NCBI RefSeq assembly: GCF_009914755.1
Contig: NC_060930.1
From: the human T2T-CHM13v2.0 reference genome, Homo sapiens
DNA length: 64,000 nucleotides
Direction: 5' to 3' (one strand)
The position numbers were made by a program, and so were the translations under genes. Positions 36,238 through 51,365 of the stretch are shown here, piece by piece. How positions within the stretch are numbered: the first letter of the stretch is position 1; every line of letters starts with the position of its first letter. The notes beneath the pieces are model-generated. The model saw nothing but the letters and a program-made list of their open reading frames with translations. It searched no databases and was not told the DNA's origin.

Positions 36238-37687
36238 CATTCCCTTAATTCTCTGAAGTTTTACTTAGCTAAAATTCAGGATAAAACGCTACATTCATGT
36301 GGCATTACAATTTACCATTTAAAACCATAAAGATCACGGAATTGAAACTGTTGGGCTTCTCACTCCTGTATGTACTGGCGGCACTACAGGCCTGAGCTAT
36401 CTGGACTTTGCCCAGGATGCCAGCATCAGAGCAAAAAACTTAGAAGATATTCCAGATAATGAAACTCAAATTGGTGATGGTGTTGGAAAAATAAAACATT
36501 TTAATGAGCTTACTGGAAGAGAAGTCCTGGGACCAACAATGGTACTAAGACTTCTCACACCTGGTGAAGGCCCAGCCAGTCAGTCAATCTTGACCTGTCA
36601 GCCTTACCACAGCTCTTTCAGAAAAAGGTACAATCTCCTAAGACAGCTCTTATCTCATTGAACTATCTGTTTACTGGCTTTCTGCAAGCACAATTCATTC
36701 TCACATCTCAAACACATGAGCATTCACTCTCATTCATTCACAATTCATTCTCATATCTCAAACACATTCACTCTCACATCTCAAACACATGAGCATTATT
36801 TTTACACAAATAAAAAATCTCTATCAGATGCCTATTATTTCTCTAGAAATCATAAAATATGTTATACTAGTTTAAGCTTATACTTTATTCAAACTATTAT
36901 TTTGTTTCTGGTAGGTCACCAAAGAACACTTCATAACATTGTAGCTGCTTTACTACCTTTTGGGGGGAAAAATTCATAACTTTTGTCTCTTCTCACCTGT
37001 GAGCATGCAACACTACTTTCTTTAATTTGCCCTAATATTAGAACCTCCATTCTGCTTCTATGGAACATGAATAAATCATCTAAAAGTAACAAGTAATATC
37101 ATTTCAGTTATCATTAACCCTGGTAAATGATGGAAGATCAGATACGGGGGGAGATAGAATGAGAAACTGTAGCAATTTATACACCTGGATTATTTTAGTC
37201 TGGCATAATTTTATTTTGGATTTGTAGAAGACTTTGGTTTAATCCAAGAGTAAAGGAAAAGCCTTTTCATTTGGATTTGAATGTACTTCTTGATAATGTT
37301 CTCAAAAACTCTGAATCATTTTGGCTGAAACAACACATTAAATGAATATTTATTTTGGAAAAGAAGGATGGGGAAATTAAGAGAAAAGTCAAGGAAAAGG
37401 ACCAGTTGGAATAAACAGAGTCTCTACTCACCTCCCAGTTTTGTTGGCATTTTCTCTCAATTCTCTTCTTACTGATAATACAAAGATACCGCACAGCCAA
37501 CACAAACACAAAGAACTTCTCCCTAATAAGTTCTAGAGCTCAGAGTTTCTATATGGGATATTAAAATTTACTTGCCAAATTTCCATGTCCTGCCTAGTAG
37601 AGGTAATGTGGTATGGAAGGGAATACTAAATCATAACCCGAAATGTTAGAATAATTTGGTGAATGAAGTATTAGAAAAGATTTACTC

Positions 37688-38095
37688 TGTTATGGGTTGA
37701 GCTGTGTCCCCCAAAATTCATATAAAAGTCCTAACTCCTAGATCCTCAGAATGTGATCTTATTTGAAGATAGGATGTTTACAGTGGTAATAAAGTTAAAA
37801 TGAGGTAATTAGGGGTGGCCCCAATCCAATATGATTAGTGCCTTTATAAGAAGAAATTTGGGCACAGAGACAAAAAGAGAAGATGGTGTTAAGAGGCAGG
37901 GAGAAGATAGCCATCTATAAACCAAAGAAAGAGGCCTGGAACAGATAATTACCTCACAGCTTTCATAAGAAACCAACTCTGACGGCACCTTCATTTTGGG
38001 CCTTTAGGCTTCAGATCTGTGGAACCATAAATTTCTGTTATTTAAACCACCCAGTGTGCGGTACTTGATTATGGCTGCCTTCGCAAACAAATGTG
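37688..38095 (+). mobile_element. MaLR solo LTR (MLT1B-like)
   Basis: TGTTATGGGTTGA start, CCTCAGAATGTGA, ATAAATTTCTGTT. Confidence 0.8.
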
Positions 38096-38619
38096 TTATT
38101 TTAAAGACATAAAATTTCATGTTGATTTGTTTAATCTTCTTAAATTATAATAGATTATTTAAGGATTCAAAATTTTTATATCAAATATGCTCTAACATAA
38201 ATGCTGTAGCACAAAAGGTAATATGAAATGAAGGTAAATTACAGTTTGTGCAGGACAAATGAAAGAGTGGAGTAAAAAAATAGTGATAATTAGAAGGCTG
38301 AATTTATGGCCATTAAAATCTAAGAATATAAAACCTCACCCAGAGTATCACTGAGTGGGGACATGTCAATCTAATGGCACATTATAATTAGAGTTAAGGA
38401 TTTTCAGCATGAAGGAAGAGAGTTCCAAAACAAATAATCTAATTTCACAAGAAAGATATAATTTAGACTATATACATATGCATACACACAGAACACAAAA
38501 ACACACAAGTATACCAAAAGAATTAGAAATAAGTTAAATAACAAAATCAAGACTTATTATTTTGCAAAAAATTTAAGAATATGCTGGACAAATACCTGCC
38601 TGCAAAATTTTTTAAAATC

Positions 38620-41600
38620 AGTAGAGATTTCTGTTCCTGCCAACAAAAAGAACAACTAGAAAAATGGCAAAATTCATAAAATAATTGTTTTTGAATGTTG
38701 AATAAAGGGCAGTACAGGACTATAATCCCTAAGAGAAGAAAACAAACAAGATGAATGATATAAATGCCATGGATTTCTGACTTCAGGGCATTTCCAAACC
38801 ATGACATAGGGATGTGGGACTTTACTCTCACATTTGGGGAGAACAAAGTGAGAGTTAAATACCAGAGATGAGAAAGCTATGCAGACAAAGAAGTCCATAA
38901 ATCTGCATAAAAGTTTCCTAGATTCTTTGGCTGCATGTCAATCTGTGGATGCATAACGTAAACTTTGACAGAGTCATACAAAGAACAAACAGAAAGAAAA
39001 GAAAAATTTCTGAAAATTGTAAGCCAGACAACTTGCAGAGCTTACACAGAACTGGGAAACATTTTAGTCTCCACCAGACAAAGTGAGGAAATCTTGGGGC
39101 ACTGAATACATGAGGCATTCAGTAAAGAACCCAGAGTTCATTGCTTAATAGTGGGGCTGCACTAACCTTCCTAGAGACCTGCCTTTGTAAACCTTCAAGA
39201 GGAACCTTACATAGAACAAGCTAATCCACAAGTAACTTAACTGTCAGAAACTAATCCAAATTCTATGAAACAATGGAAATTACAATGGCCAGCATGCAAA
39301 CAAAAATCAATAGATACAAAAGTTAATTTATTTCCTAGATATCAGCAAAGAACAACTGAAATTTAATTGTTTAAGAAAAACTAAATATACTATTTAAAAT
39401 AGCATACCAAAAACCCTTATGTATAAATCTAACAAAACTGGAGAAATATTCTATGTTCATAAGTTTGAAAACTCAATATTGTTAAGATGTCAGTTCTTCT
39501 GAACTCGATCTATAGCTTCAACACAAAATCACAGCAAGCTATTCTGTACAAGTCAACAACTGAATCTAAAAAGTATTTTGAAAAGCATATGACCAACAAG
39601 AGCCAACACAATTTTGAAGAACAAGAACAAAGTTGGAAGATTCACACTACACTATTTCAAGATTAGTATAAACCTACAGTAATGAACAGAGTGTGATACT
39701 GGTTTCAAAAAAACCAGACATATAGAACTGAATAGAGAGCACAGAAATGGACATATGCAAATAAAGTCAGGTGGTTTCTAATAAAGACAATTTAAAAAAT
39801 AATGGACAGTATTTTCAAAAAATGGTGCTGGAACAAGTGGATGTCCATATGGGGAGCAAAAAGAACCTAGCCACAGACCTTATATAAAACATAAAAATTA
39901 ACAGAAAATGGCTTATAAATATATACATATGTAAAAACTTCCAAAAATAACATAGGAGAAAAACTAGACGCCCTTGGATTTGGAGAAGAGTTTTTTTGTT
40001 CAATACCAAAAGCATAATCCATGAAAGAAAAAAAAAGTTGTTGGATTTTATTAATAGTTTTGTTTTGCAATGGACACTGCTACAATAAAAAATAAGTCAC
40101 ACACTGAGAGAAAATATTCGCAAATCACCCATCTCTCAAAGACTTGTATCCAAAATATACACAGAACTCTTAAAAATCATGAATTTAAAAATGAAAAGAT
40201 CTGAACAGACACCCAAAGAATATATACAGATGGCAAATAAGTATATGAAACAATGCTCAATATCATTTATTACAGAATTGCACATCTAAACAATGAGATA
40301 CCACTATGCACCTATTACAGTAGTTAAAATCCAAAACACTAACAACATCGACACTGATGAAAATGTGCAACAGGAACTCTCATTCTATGCCAGTGGAAAT
40401 GAAAAATACTAGGCCACTCTAAAAGATGGTTTGGCAGTTTCTTACAATGCTGAGTAGTCTTATCACATGATTCAGCAAACCCACTCCTAGATATCTACCC
40501 ACTGATATAAAAATTCATACCTACACAAAAATCTGCACACCAATGTTTATTCATAATCACCCAAACCTGGAAGCAATCAAGATGTCTTTCAATAGGCAAA
40601 TAAACAAAATGTGGAACATACATATAATGGGACATCATCCAGCAATAAAAAGAAATTACAGCTACAGAAAAAAACATAGATAGATATTAAATATATTGTT
40701 AAGTGACACAAGCCAGTCTGAAAAGGCTACACACTGTACGATTCTAATTATTTGACATTGTGGAAAGGCAAAACTATGGAGATGGTAAACAGATCAGTGG
40801 TTGCCAAGGGTTTGAGGAGTGGGAAGGGTTGAATAGACAAAAGACAGAGGAGTTTCTAGGGAGGTGAAACTAGTCGAAATGAGACTATCATAATGAATAC
40901 ATGACACTGTGCATCATCAAAATCCACAGAACTTTATATTACAAAGAATATATTTCCCATATATATACATAATTAATATAAATGTATATTTCTTTGTTTT
41001 GCCAGCTAAGAAGGCCTACAAGCAACAATATCCCAGAAGGAAGAGGCACACTCACTGCCCAGATCTTGATTTCTAATATCATTCTACAATAAAATCAAAC
41101 AGAGCTCCTTGGAGAAATGTCCAATTTTAGCGTGGAGGAAGGAGACATAAAAGATGATCTCAGAGCACCTTGTAGTGCCAGAAAGTAAGGAAGTGCTCAA
41201 AAACAAACTAAAAATCACACACACAAAGATGGGGGGATGTCAAAGAGACACAAAAGAGAAGTCACTGAAAGAGTACTCAATGGCCAAACCTGAAATAAAC
41301 TGAACAAGAAAATAAAGTAGTAAGATATTTAAACCAAAGTATAAAATAATATCCGTGAATTCCTATATATATAAATAATTGAATAGGTAAATAAATGAGG
41401 GAGAAGAGACAAATCCTCCATATAAATACATTCCAGAAAATTAATGTAGATATTCTGCCCTCAAGCAGGCAGAACATAACTTCTCACTTTTTAAACGTGA
41501 GCACTGCACAGTGACTTCTTCTGAAAGACTACAGTATGGAAATATGGGGAAAACACAACTTTTACAGCAGAGAAAACTAACAAATATGACTTCAACTACA

Positions 41601-42450
41601 TGATCAAAGTCATCACAAACGGTAGTAAGTCATGTTAATAGTATAGATCCTTGATATGATGTAATAAGGAAGGCACTTTACTTTGATGGTCTTCCCAAAA
41701 ACCCATAATCCAAGTCTAATGATGAGAAAGAAACACCAGAAAAATCCCAATTGAGCAACTTTCTGCAAAATACCTGATGAATACTATTCAAAACTTTTAA
41801 GGTCATTGCAGAAATACATAAAGTCTGAGAAACTATCACAGTCATAATAAATGTAATGTGGTCATATAGATAAGGTATTGGAAGAGAAAAAGTATGTTAA
41901 GTAAAAATAATGAAATATGAATGAAATCTGGATCCTAGTTAATAATCATGTATCAATATTGGTTCCTTAATTATCACAAGTGTCATACTAATATAAAATA
42001 TTAACAACAGAGGAAACTGGGTAAGGAGTATATAAGAACACTCTGTACTGTCTTTGCAACTTTTCTGTAAATCTAAAATTATTCTGAACAGTTTATTCTT
42101 AAAAATACATGTAATATAATTTATCATACCTTAAAATAATCCACAAATAAAGCTCAGCTATGGTTACTCAAAAAGGCATGGAAAGAAGTAGTCAAATACT
42201 ATCAATAACTGTTAGAAAAATTAGTCAATAGAAACCACACCCAAATATGACATATATAAGGAAACGAGAAGATAAGGACACTGGCTATATCTTCAACATG
42301 GTCACGAATTTAAAGAAAAACATAAGCTAAATGAGAACAAAAGAAAAAGATGCACAAGAATACTGAATGGAACTTCTACAGATGAGAAATACAGTATCTG
42401 AAAATAAAATTTCACTGGATGGGATTCATAGCAGATTAGACCTAGAAGAA
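38620..42450 (+). mobile_element. Composite old L1 (L1MC/L1MD-type) fragments
   Basis: Degenerate ORF2 3' half (AAATGGTGCTGGAACAA, ACCTGGAAGCAATCAAGATGT) and long L1MC-type 3'UTRs. Confidence 0.7.
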
Positions 42451-42890
42451 AGCCTCAATCTTCTTATTTATATAACAGAGAAATGAATATCTGCCTTGCA
42501 GTGTTGTTGTGAGGACAAAGGGTAATTTAATTGAAAGCACCTAAGAAGTAATTAGCCCATGATAAAAAAAAAAAACCTCCGTTTCTGTTCTGTGCTCTAT
42601 TCATTCAACCAATATTTACTGAGCAGCTACTATGTATCAACTACAATTGCAGGATATAAAAGAATGAATAAAATACACATAGTCCCTACACTCATAGAGT
42701 TTACAATCTGGTAGGAGACAAAAACCAATAAATACACAAATAAATGTTGTACATGATATTTTTGTTTTAAACTGTAGCATGCATTGTTAGCTGCCTACCT
42801 AAAATCTACTCTACTCATTCTTCTTGGTAATCACTACCCTAATTTTTTTCAGGGAAGGAATGTGCTGGCCTAAATAAAGCACTTTCCCAG

Positions 42891-45279
42891 TGATATGGTT
42901 TGGATTTTTGTCCCCACCCAAATCTCATCTCCGAACAGTAATCCCCAATGTTGAAGGAGGGGCCTGGTGAGAGACGATTGAATCACGGGGGCAGACTTCC
43001 TCCTTGCTGTTCTTGTGAAAGTGCATTCTCATGAGATCTGGTTGTTTAAAAGTGTGTAGCACTTCCCCCTTCTCTCTATTCCTCCTGCTCCAGCCATGTA
43101 GGACGTGCCTGCTTCCCCTCTGCCTTCTGCCATGTTTGTAAGTTTCCTGGACCTCCCAAGCCATGCTTCCTGTACAGCCTGGAGAATCATAAGTCAATTA
43201 AGCTTCTTTTCTATATAAATCACTCAGTCTTAGGTCATTCTTTATAGTAATGCAAGAACTGACTAATACAGAAAACTGGTTCTGGGAAGAGGTGCATTAC
43301 TATAAAGATACCTGAAAATGTGGAAGCAGCTTTAGAACTGGGTGTTGGGCAGAGGTTGGGACAGTTTGGAGGACTCAGAGGAAGCAGGAGGATGAAGGAA
43401 AGTTTGGAACTTCCTGGAGACTCGTTGAATGGTTGTGACCAAGATGCTGATACTGATATGGACAGTGAAGTCCAGGCTGAGGTGGTCTCAGCTAGAGATA
43501 AGGAACTTACTGGGAACTACAGTAGTCACTCATGTTGTGCTTTAGCAAAGAGACTGGCAGCATTGTGCTCCTGCTCTAGAGATTTGTGGAAATCTGAACT
43601 TGAGAAAGATGATTTAGGGTATCTGGTGGAAGAAATTTCTAAGCAGCAAAGCATTCAAGGTGTGGTCTGGCTGCTTCTAACAGCATATGCTCATATTTAT
43701 GAGCAAAGAGATTATCTGAAACTGGAACTTATACTTAAAAGGGAAGCAGAGCATAAAAGCTTGGAAAATTTGCAGCCTTGCCATGTGGTAGAAAAGAAAA
43801 ACCCATTTTTAGGGAGGAATTCAAGCCAGCTGTAGAAACTTGCATAAGTAAAGAGGAGTTGTATATTAATAGCTAACACAATGTAGAAAAGGCCTGGAAG
43901 GCATTTCAGAGACCTCCATAGCAGCCCCTCTCACCACAAGCCTGGAGGCCTAGGAGGGAAAAATAGTTTCACAGGCCCAGGGCCTCACTACCCTGTACAA
44001 CCTCAGGACACTGCTCCCTGAATCCTAGCTTCTCCACCTCCAGCCTTGGTTAAAAGGGTCCCAAATATGTCTCAGTCCACTGCTCCAGAGGGTGCAAGCC
44101 ATAATCCTTGGAAGTTTCCATGTGATGTTAAGCCAGCTAGTGCACAGAGGGCAAGAGTTTAGGCTTGGGAGCCTCCACCTAGATTTCAGAGGATATTTGG
44201 AAACACCTAGATATCCAGGCAGAAGTCTGCTGCAGCAGCAGAGCCCTCAGTGAGAACCTCTACTAAGGCAGTGCACAGGGGAAATGTTGAGTTGGAGCCC
44301 CCAAACAGAGTTCCCACTGGGGCACTGCCTACTGGAGCTATGAAAAGAAGGCCACTGTCCTCTAGACACCACAATGGTAGATTCATCAACAGCTTGCACC
44401 GTGGGCCTGGAAAAGCCACAGACACTCAATACCAGCTCATGAAAGCAGCCATGGGGGCTGTACCCTGCAAAGCCACAGGGGCAGAGATGCCCATGGCCTT
44501 GAAAGCCCACCCCTCACATCAATGTTACCTGGGTGTGAGACATGGAGTCAAAAGAGATTATTTTGCAACTTTAAGATTTTATGGCTGCTCTGCTAGGTTT
44601 TGGACTTGTGTGGGGCCTATAACCCCTTTGTTTTGACTAACGTCTCCCTTTTGGAATGGGAGTACTTAGCCAATGTCTGTACCCCCATTGTATCTTGGAA
44701 GTAATTAAGTGGTTTTGATTTTACAGGCTCCTAGCCAAAAGGGACTTGCCTTGTCTCAGATGAGACTTTGGACTGTGAACTTCTGAGTTAATGCTGAAAT
44801 AAGCTGAGACTTTGGGGGACCGTTGAGAAGGAAAGATTGTATTTTACAGTGTGAGAAGGACAGGAGATTTGGGAGGGGCTGGAAGTGGAATGATATGGTT
44901 TAGATTTGTGTCCCTGCCCAAATCTCATGTCTGAATTATAATTCCTAATGTTGGAGGAAGGGCCTGGTGGAAGGTGATTAAATCATGGGGGTGGACTTCC
45001 CCCTTGCTATTCTCATGATGATAGTGAGTAGGTTCTCATGGGATCTAGTTGTTTAAAAGTGTGTAGCACTTCCCCATCTTTCTCTCTTCCTCCTGCTCCA
45101 GCCATGCAGATCGTCCCTGCTTCCCCTTCATCTTCTGCCATATTTGTTCGTTTCCTGAGGTCTCCCCAGCCATGTTTCCTGTACAGCTTGTGAAACCATG
45201 AGCCAATTAAACCTCTTCTCATTATAAATTACCCAATCTCAGCTACTTCTTTATAGCAATGCAAGAACTGACTAATACA
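42891..45279 (+). mobile_element. Full-length MST (MSTA-like) MaLR element (LTRs 42891-43270 and 44891-45279) inside an older MLT1 LTR (~42785-45790)
   Basis: Two TGATATGGTTT...GACTAATACA LTRs; internal region homologous to the THE1 internal region; perfect TSD CCCAG. Confidence 0.92.
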
Positions 45280-46494
45280 CCCAGTCTCTTCTGCAGCAGA
45301 GGTAGTCAAACACAATAGTTCTGGCCAATTCTAAACATAAAACAAAGTGGGAGTGTGGAGGTATTCTGGTGAACATTTGCTTCCTAGATTATGGGGAATA
45401 CCTAAGGATGATTCTTCCACTCTTCCTTCTTCTCCCTTATTCCACTAAATGCACATGTGATGAACAGAGCTGCAGCAGCCATCTTGTTGCCTTAAGGGAA
45501 AAGCCAAGAGAATACAGTGTGACACTGCACGTGACATCCAATTTAGGCATATAGTCCTGAGCTTCTTGTGGGAAAGCCTAGCTTGACAGAGTCAATTATC
45601 TTGAGAAAATAAAGCCAAGACCTGAGAAAAGCAAATCTGAGAACAAGAGAGTGAGAGCTAGAAAGCAAGTGAGGAGAGAGAGGCTGTACTCCATGCTTCT
45701 TTCAGTTTGGTTACATGAATTGATTTTTTTAAAATTATTTTTAGACTGGTTCACATTCAGTTTCTGTTACTTGCAATTAAAGAGTCCAATCCAGCATAGT
45801 TAATGTGATTTTTAGCCTGTAATAAGTGATATAAGAAAAAGGAACAGATGTTACGAGAAAGAATCAGTAGGTAGTTAGGGAGGTCTTCTAGAAAAGCAAC
45901 ATGAAAGAGGAAACCTAACAAATAAACGCATGTCAGCCTGGAGAGGAGTTGAAAGAAAGGTTTCCCACCTGCCTCCTTCAACCCCTTCCCATCACCAACA
46001 TGGAATAAGCATGCTCTAAACACAGCAGGGAAAGGGTTTCCTGGAAAGGACCCTAGTGTGGGTATAGGAGCTGGAGATTGGGTGAAACAAATCCTGTGAT
46101 GTCTACAGACCCACACGACAGACCTAGAGGTAAAAAAAAAAAGGAAACTCCATTCAACAATAAAATATACTAAATTATCCCACCTCATGATCAAGTTCTT
46201 TTTACTTTGCCAATGATAACGATCTTAAGCCTGCTGGCTCCCCAGCCACACACCCTGAGCGGAATTTTATCCTTAACAAAATCTGCCAAATTACACAGTA
46301 TTCCATGGAGTGTTCTCCCATTTAGAGGAGGTTTTCAATAAACCTAACAACTTCAACAGAAAACCACCACAGCTACCCCTACTGATCAGCATATCCTTCA
46401 TTCATAAAAATGAATGGATATCCAAGGACTACCAGATACTGGAGAAAAATCAATAGAATAAAAAAGCCATCCTGAAAAAACAATTGACTACAGA

Positions 46495-46835
46495 GCACAT
46501 GTATGTTTATAGCAGCAAAATTGACAATTGCAAAGATATGGAACCAACCTAAGTGCCCAATGACTAATGAGAACACAGGAAAACAAAACCAAACACCACA
46601 TGTTCTCACTCATAAGTGGGAGTTGAACATAGAGAACACATGGACACAGAGAGGGGAACATCACACACCAAGGCCTGTTGGTGGGTGGGGGTTGAGGGGA
46701 GGGAACTTAGAGGATGAGTCAATACGTGCAGCAAACCACCATGGCACATGTATAATACTTATGTAACAAAACTGCACATTCTGCACATATATGTCATTTT
46801 TTAGAAGAAATTTTTTTAATGAACAACAAAAAAAA
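46495..46835 (+). mobile_element. L1PA 3' fragment with an internal deletion, within older L1-like sequence
   Basis: MFIAA..WNQPKCP peptide followed directly by the 3'UTR. Confidence 0.8.
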
Positions 46836-47257
46836 AGAGAAAGAAATCATAGAAAATTTCCCTGAGTTGAAGGAAACAATTCCTGGAATTTAAAGAGCCA
46901 ACCAAGTGCCAAGTGATAAAACAGACTGCTAACAGGAATGGGCTTAGTTTCACATTAGAATTATCAGCCACAGCTGATAATTATCAGCTAGAAATTACTG
47001 AGGCAAAGTCTTCAAAGGAAAAATTATTTTAAGACCAGAATACTGTACCAAATGATCAATCAAGTGGGAAAGCCAAATAAAGACATTTTAGGAATTTGAG
47101 GGCTCAGATATTTTCTCTCTGATTTTACCATTTCTTGAAAATTTTCCAAAGAAATGATTAAGGTTTTTAAGAAAGAGGAAGATATACCATTTAAAACAGT
47201 GCAACTAACATAGGAGTTCGATTGTTTTCTTTAAAGTCTCAGGTTTACAGCTAAGAC

Positions 47258-47258
<1 letters not shown>

Positions 47259-47296
<38 letters not shown>
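47259..47296. repeat. (TG)n(CG)n microsatellite; a (CA)n(TA)n run follows at ~47455-47488
   Basis: Direct inspection. Confidence 0.95.
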
Positions 47297-47297
<1 letters not shown>

Positions 47298-47454
47298 CAA
47301 AGTAAGGAAGGGAGAGGAATGTGTAAGTAAGCTATTTTTCTTATCCTCTCATATAGGGGTAACTTCCTGCATAATAGGATTATGAGAATGAACTTTCTAT
47401 GTAACAGAAAGTCAACGGTCAATATTTTATATAAAACTGATACATATATCAGAA

Positions 47455-47488
<34 letters not shown>

Positions 47489-49479
47489 CAGAAAGCCATA
47501 TATTAGTGAAAAGTGAAAATTAGAACAGGAATCCTAATTCTTCAAGGAAAAAATTCTATTTCCAAGAAATAAGCAATATGCATTCATCAAGTAGTGCAAT
47601 TAAGCTAGGACATTGTGAGAACTGGTTTAACTCTTCTGTTAAAAAAATTAATAACAAATTTTTAAATAAGTTGTAGAAGAACATTACAGTCCAAATATGA
47701 AGTAAAACAAATTCTAGTACCATTTTAAGTAAAATCTGAACATGATTTATAGTGAAGAAAAGAGAATTTTTCCTTGCAGTGGTACAGTTTTCATGTCACA
47801 AAATTTTATTTCCTTGTTTACGAGTCTAATTGCACAACGTGGTTTCCCAATAATCATAGTAAAAAATAATAACTAGCCCTTATTTAACATTTACCATATG
47901 TCCTCTTGTAAGTTCTTAATATATATCCTATTCTACAAAATACAGTTCATTTATTAGGCAGCTTGGTCCTTTCATTGTGAGCTGAGGTGACACGCCTCAA
48001 ATCCCACACTGGTTGGTGAGCCCAGGCAATCTGGCTCCAGAATCCTTGCTCTTAAACACTTGGCTACCCTGCTTCTCATAAAGCTCTCTGTTAATTTACG
48101 ATGTTTAGAATCAGTCTATTTACCTTAAACAAGAAGGCACTGTAACAATTAGAAAATAGAATATAAATTATATAAAACTTGATAATGTAAAAGTCATAAT
48201 AAACCAAAGTGAGACAGGAAGAAATTGTAATATTTTTCTTATCCTCTCTTATAGGAGTAACTTCCTAGAAAGTCAACAGTCAATTTTTAATACAAAACTG
48301 AAAATAATTCCTGCTTGGATAGTAAAGAAAAATATTTATCAAAAAAACTGAAAATAATAGTAAAAAAAAATCAGCAGGGAAGACAGAGAGTGAACTTGAG
48401 CTAAATTCCTCATATTTCATAACAAGTGTGATGGTTAATTTTATGAGCATCCAGTAGGTGTCAATATCTATTGCCTAATTTTAACTTTTAAAATTATATA
48501 TAACTTATATGGTAACTATTAGAAAAATTAAAAACAAAAGTTTGTGGTACCTTAAGAAATAGCAACATAAGCAAACTATTAACGGCATAGGGAGGACTAT
48601 CAGAAAAGCTAAATAACTAGGGAAAGGGAAGATCTTTGTTTCACACCATTTCCATTTTTATTACAATTATCAGATATTATTTTAAAAAATAATTCTACAA
48701 TACTATGAAAAATAGTAATACTCTGTAAAGAAAGGATAAACTGAAGAGGGTATCTTTCAATTCTGTCATGGTAAAATAACAGACCAATAAATGCTACCAG
48801 ACCATAAGCCCAGTGAGGTAGAGAAGGAGAACAAGGATAATATATAAACACATTCCACTCTAATCTTCTTTACTGATTCTTTGTTTCTACATCATTACAG
48901 GCTAAATGGCCCATTTTTTTTTTCATATAAACTTCTAAAGAGACATTCATTTCATTGACTTCAACTATTGAGTCACACCCACTCCAGTCTACAACCTTGC
49001 ACATTTCCTTTAAAGAAAGGAGCTGTCTCAATTCAGACACTGTTGGCGGGAGCCGACATTAGATAATCACCCTTTTAGGGCATAATTTAGCAGTCTTTAA
49101 TGAAGTGTTAAAAAAAATGACTGCATTTTGACCTAATAATTTCACTTCTTTGAATCCACTCTGCAGAAACACTCCCGAATGTTCAAAGATATCTGTAAAA
49201 GGAATTTCAATTAAGCCACTACTGTTTACGACAGAGGAAAACTGAAAAGAACCTAAATGCACATTGGTAGATGCAGAATAATTTGTTGCCATTTAAAATA
49301 TACATCTACATGTAAAATACATATCTACGTGTAGTGACAGTGAAAGATGTCCCTAACATATTGTTAGGCAAGAAAAGCAAAAATTCAGAATTACTATACA
49401 ATTTTTGTAAAAAAAAAAAGTATATGCATATATCACATACATAAATGTGTACAAGCAGTGTGCTTAAGATGTGTGGAGG

Positions 49480-49527
49480 AAACACTGTAAGTTTTCACTA
49501 TGTACATTTCTTTATTATTATTTTACA
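49480..49527 (-). terminator. Candidate intronic polyadenylation site
   Basis: Minus strand reads TGTA...AATAAA (49516-49511), 23 nt, CA (49487-49486), then GTGTTT; 157 nt past the stop of the 344-aa ORF. Confidence 0.45.
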
Positions 49528-49672
49528 ACCAGCATGTATTGTTTTAGTATTTTAAGAAATCAGGTCATGTCTCAATTGTCATATATCTGGGATTAAAAAA
49601 GAAAAAAAAATCCAAAAAGGGAAATATTCAACGTTTTTCCATTAGTTCATTCTCAATATCTATGAAAAAAAT

Positions 49673-50707
<1,035 letters not shown>

Positions 50708-51328
50708 CACGCGGCTCCCGAGCCCAGACTTCGTCCAGGCCGGCGGGAAGGGGTCAGCGGAGCCGCTAGCTGCCTCTTTGTGCCCCGCAACCCCGCGGGC
50801 GGTTGATTTCCACCTGTGGGCGCTGGGGACACGCGACCGGAAGAAATGGAAGAGAAAACGGGGTTCGGGGAGGGAGGAAAACTTCTAAGCCAGGCGATCG
50901 TCCAGTTCTCTCTCCAAGAGACTGGAAATTAACTTTATGAGGATCATAAGGAAGGGAATGACCTCTAGACAGCCGCCTTCTAATTGTGAAACGGGGGAAG
51001 ATCTTGGACCTGGTCTCTGGAGCGCTCCCTATCTTAACCAAGTCACTTACTCTAGCAGGTCTCAGGTTCTTTGTCTGTAAAATGAGGGTGTAAAATAATG
51101 ATCTTTCTAGACCCTACGAGCTCTGAAGGATCTCTGATTGGTGGAGATCACCCAAGACCCGGAGCTGATGCAAAACATTACCTACCATTCCCTTGTCTGA
51201 AAAGCCACATCAACTTTCTTTTTTCAAAAACTATATTTTTAGTATGTGTAAAGTAAGTTTGGAGTAAATACTTTCAAGTCCTTTTCAAGGTCAAAACAAA
51301 AACTAATTCTGTGACTACAAATGTATGC

Positions 51329-51365
51329 TTTTTTTTTTTTTTTTGAGACAGAGTCTCGCTCTGTC
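51329..51365 (-). mobile_element. Extremely 5'-truncated Alu (21 nt plus A16) with TSD
   Basis: T16-GAGACAGAGTCTCGCTCTGTC flanked by CAAATGTATGC (51318-51328 / 51366-51376). Confidence 0.85.

Noticed and set aside
36689-36797. CRISPR-like repeat array
   Set aside because: No constant repeat with unique spacers and no cas genes; human intronic DNA.
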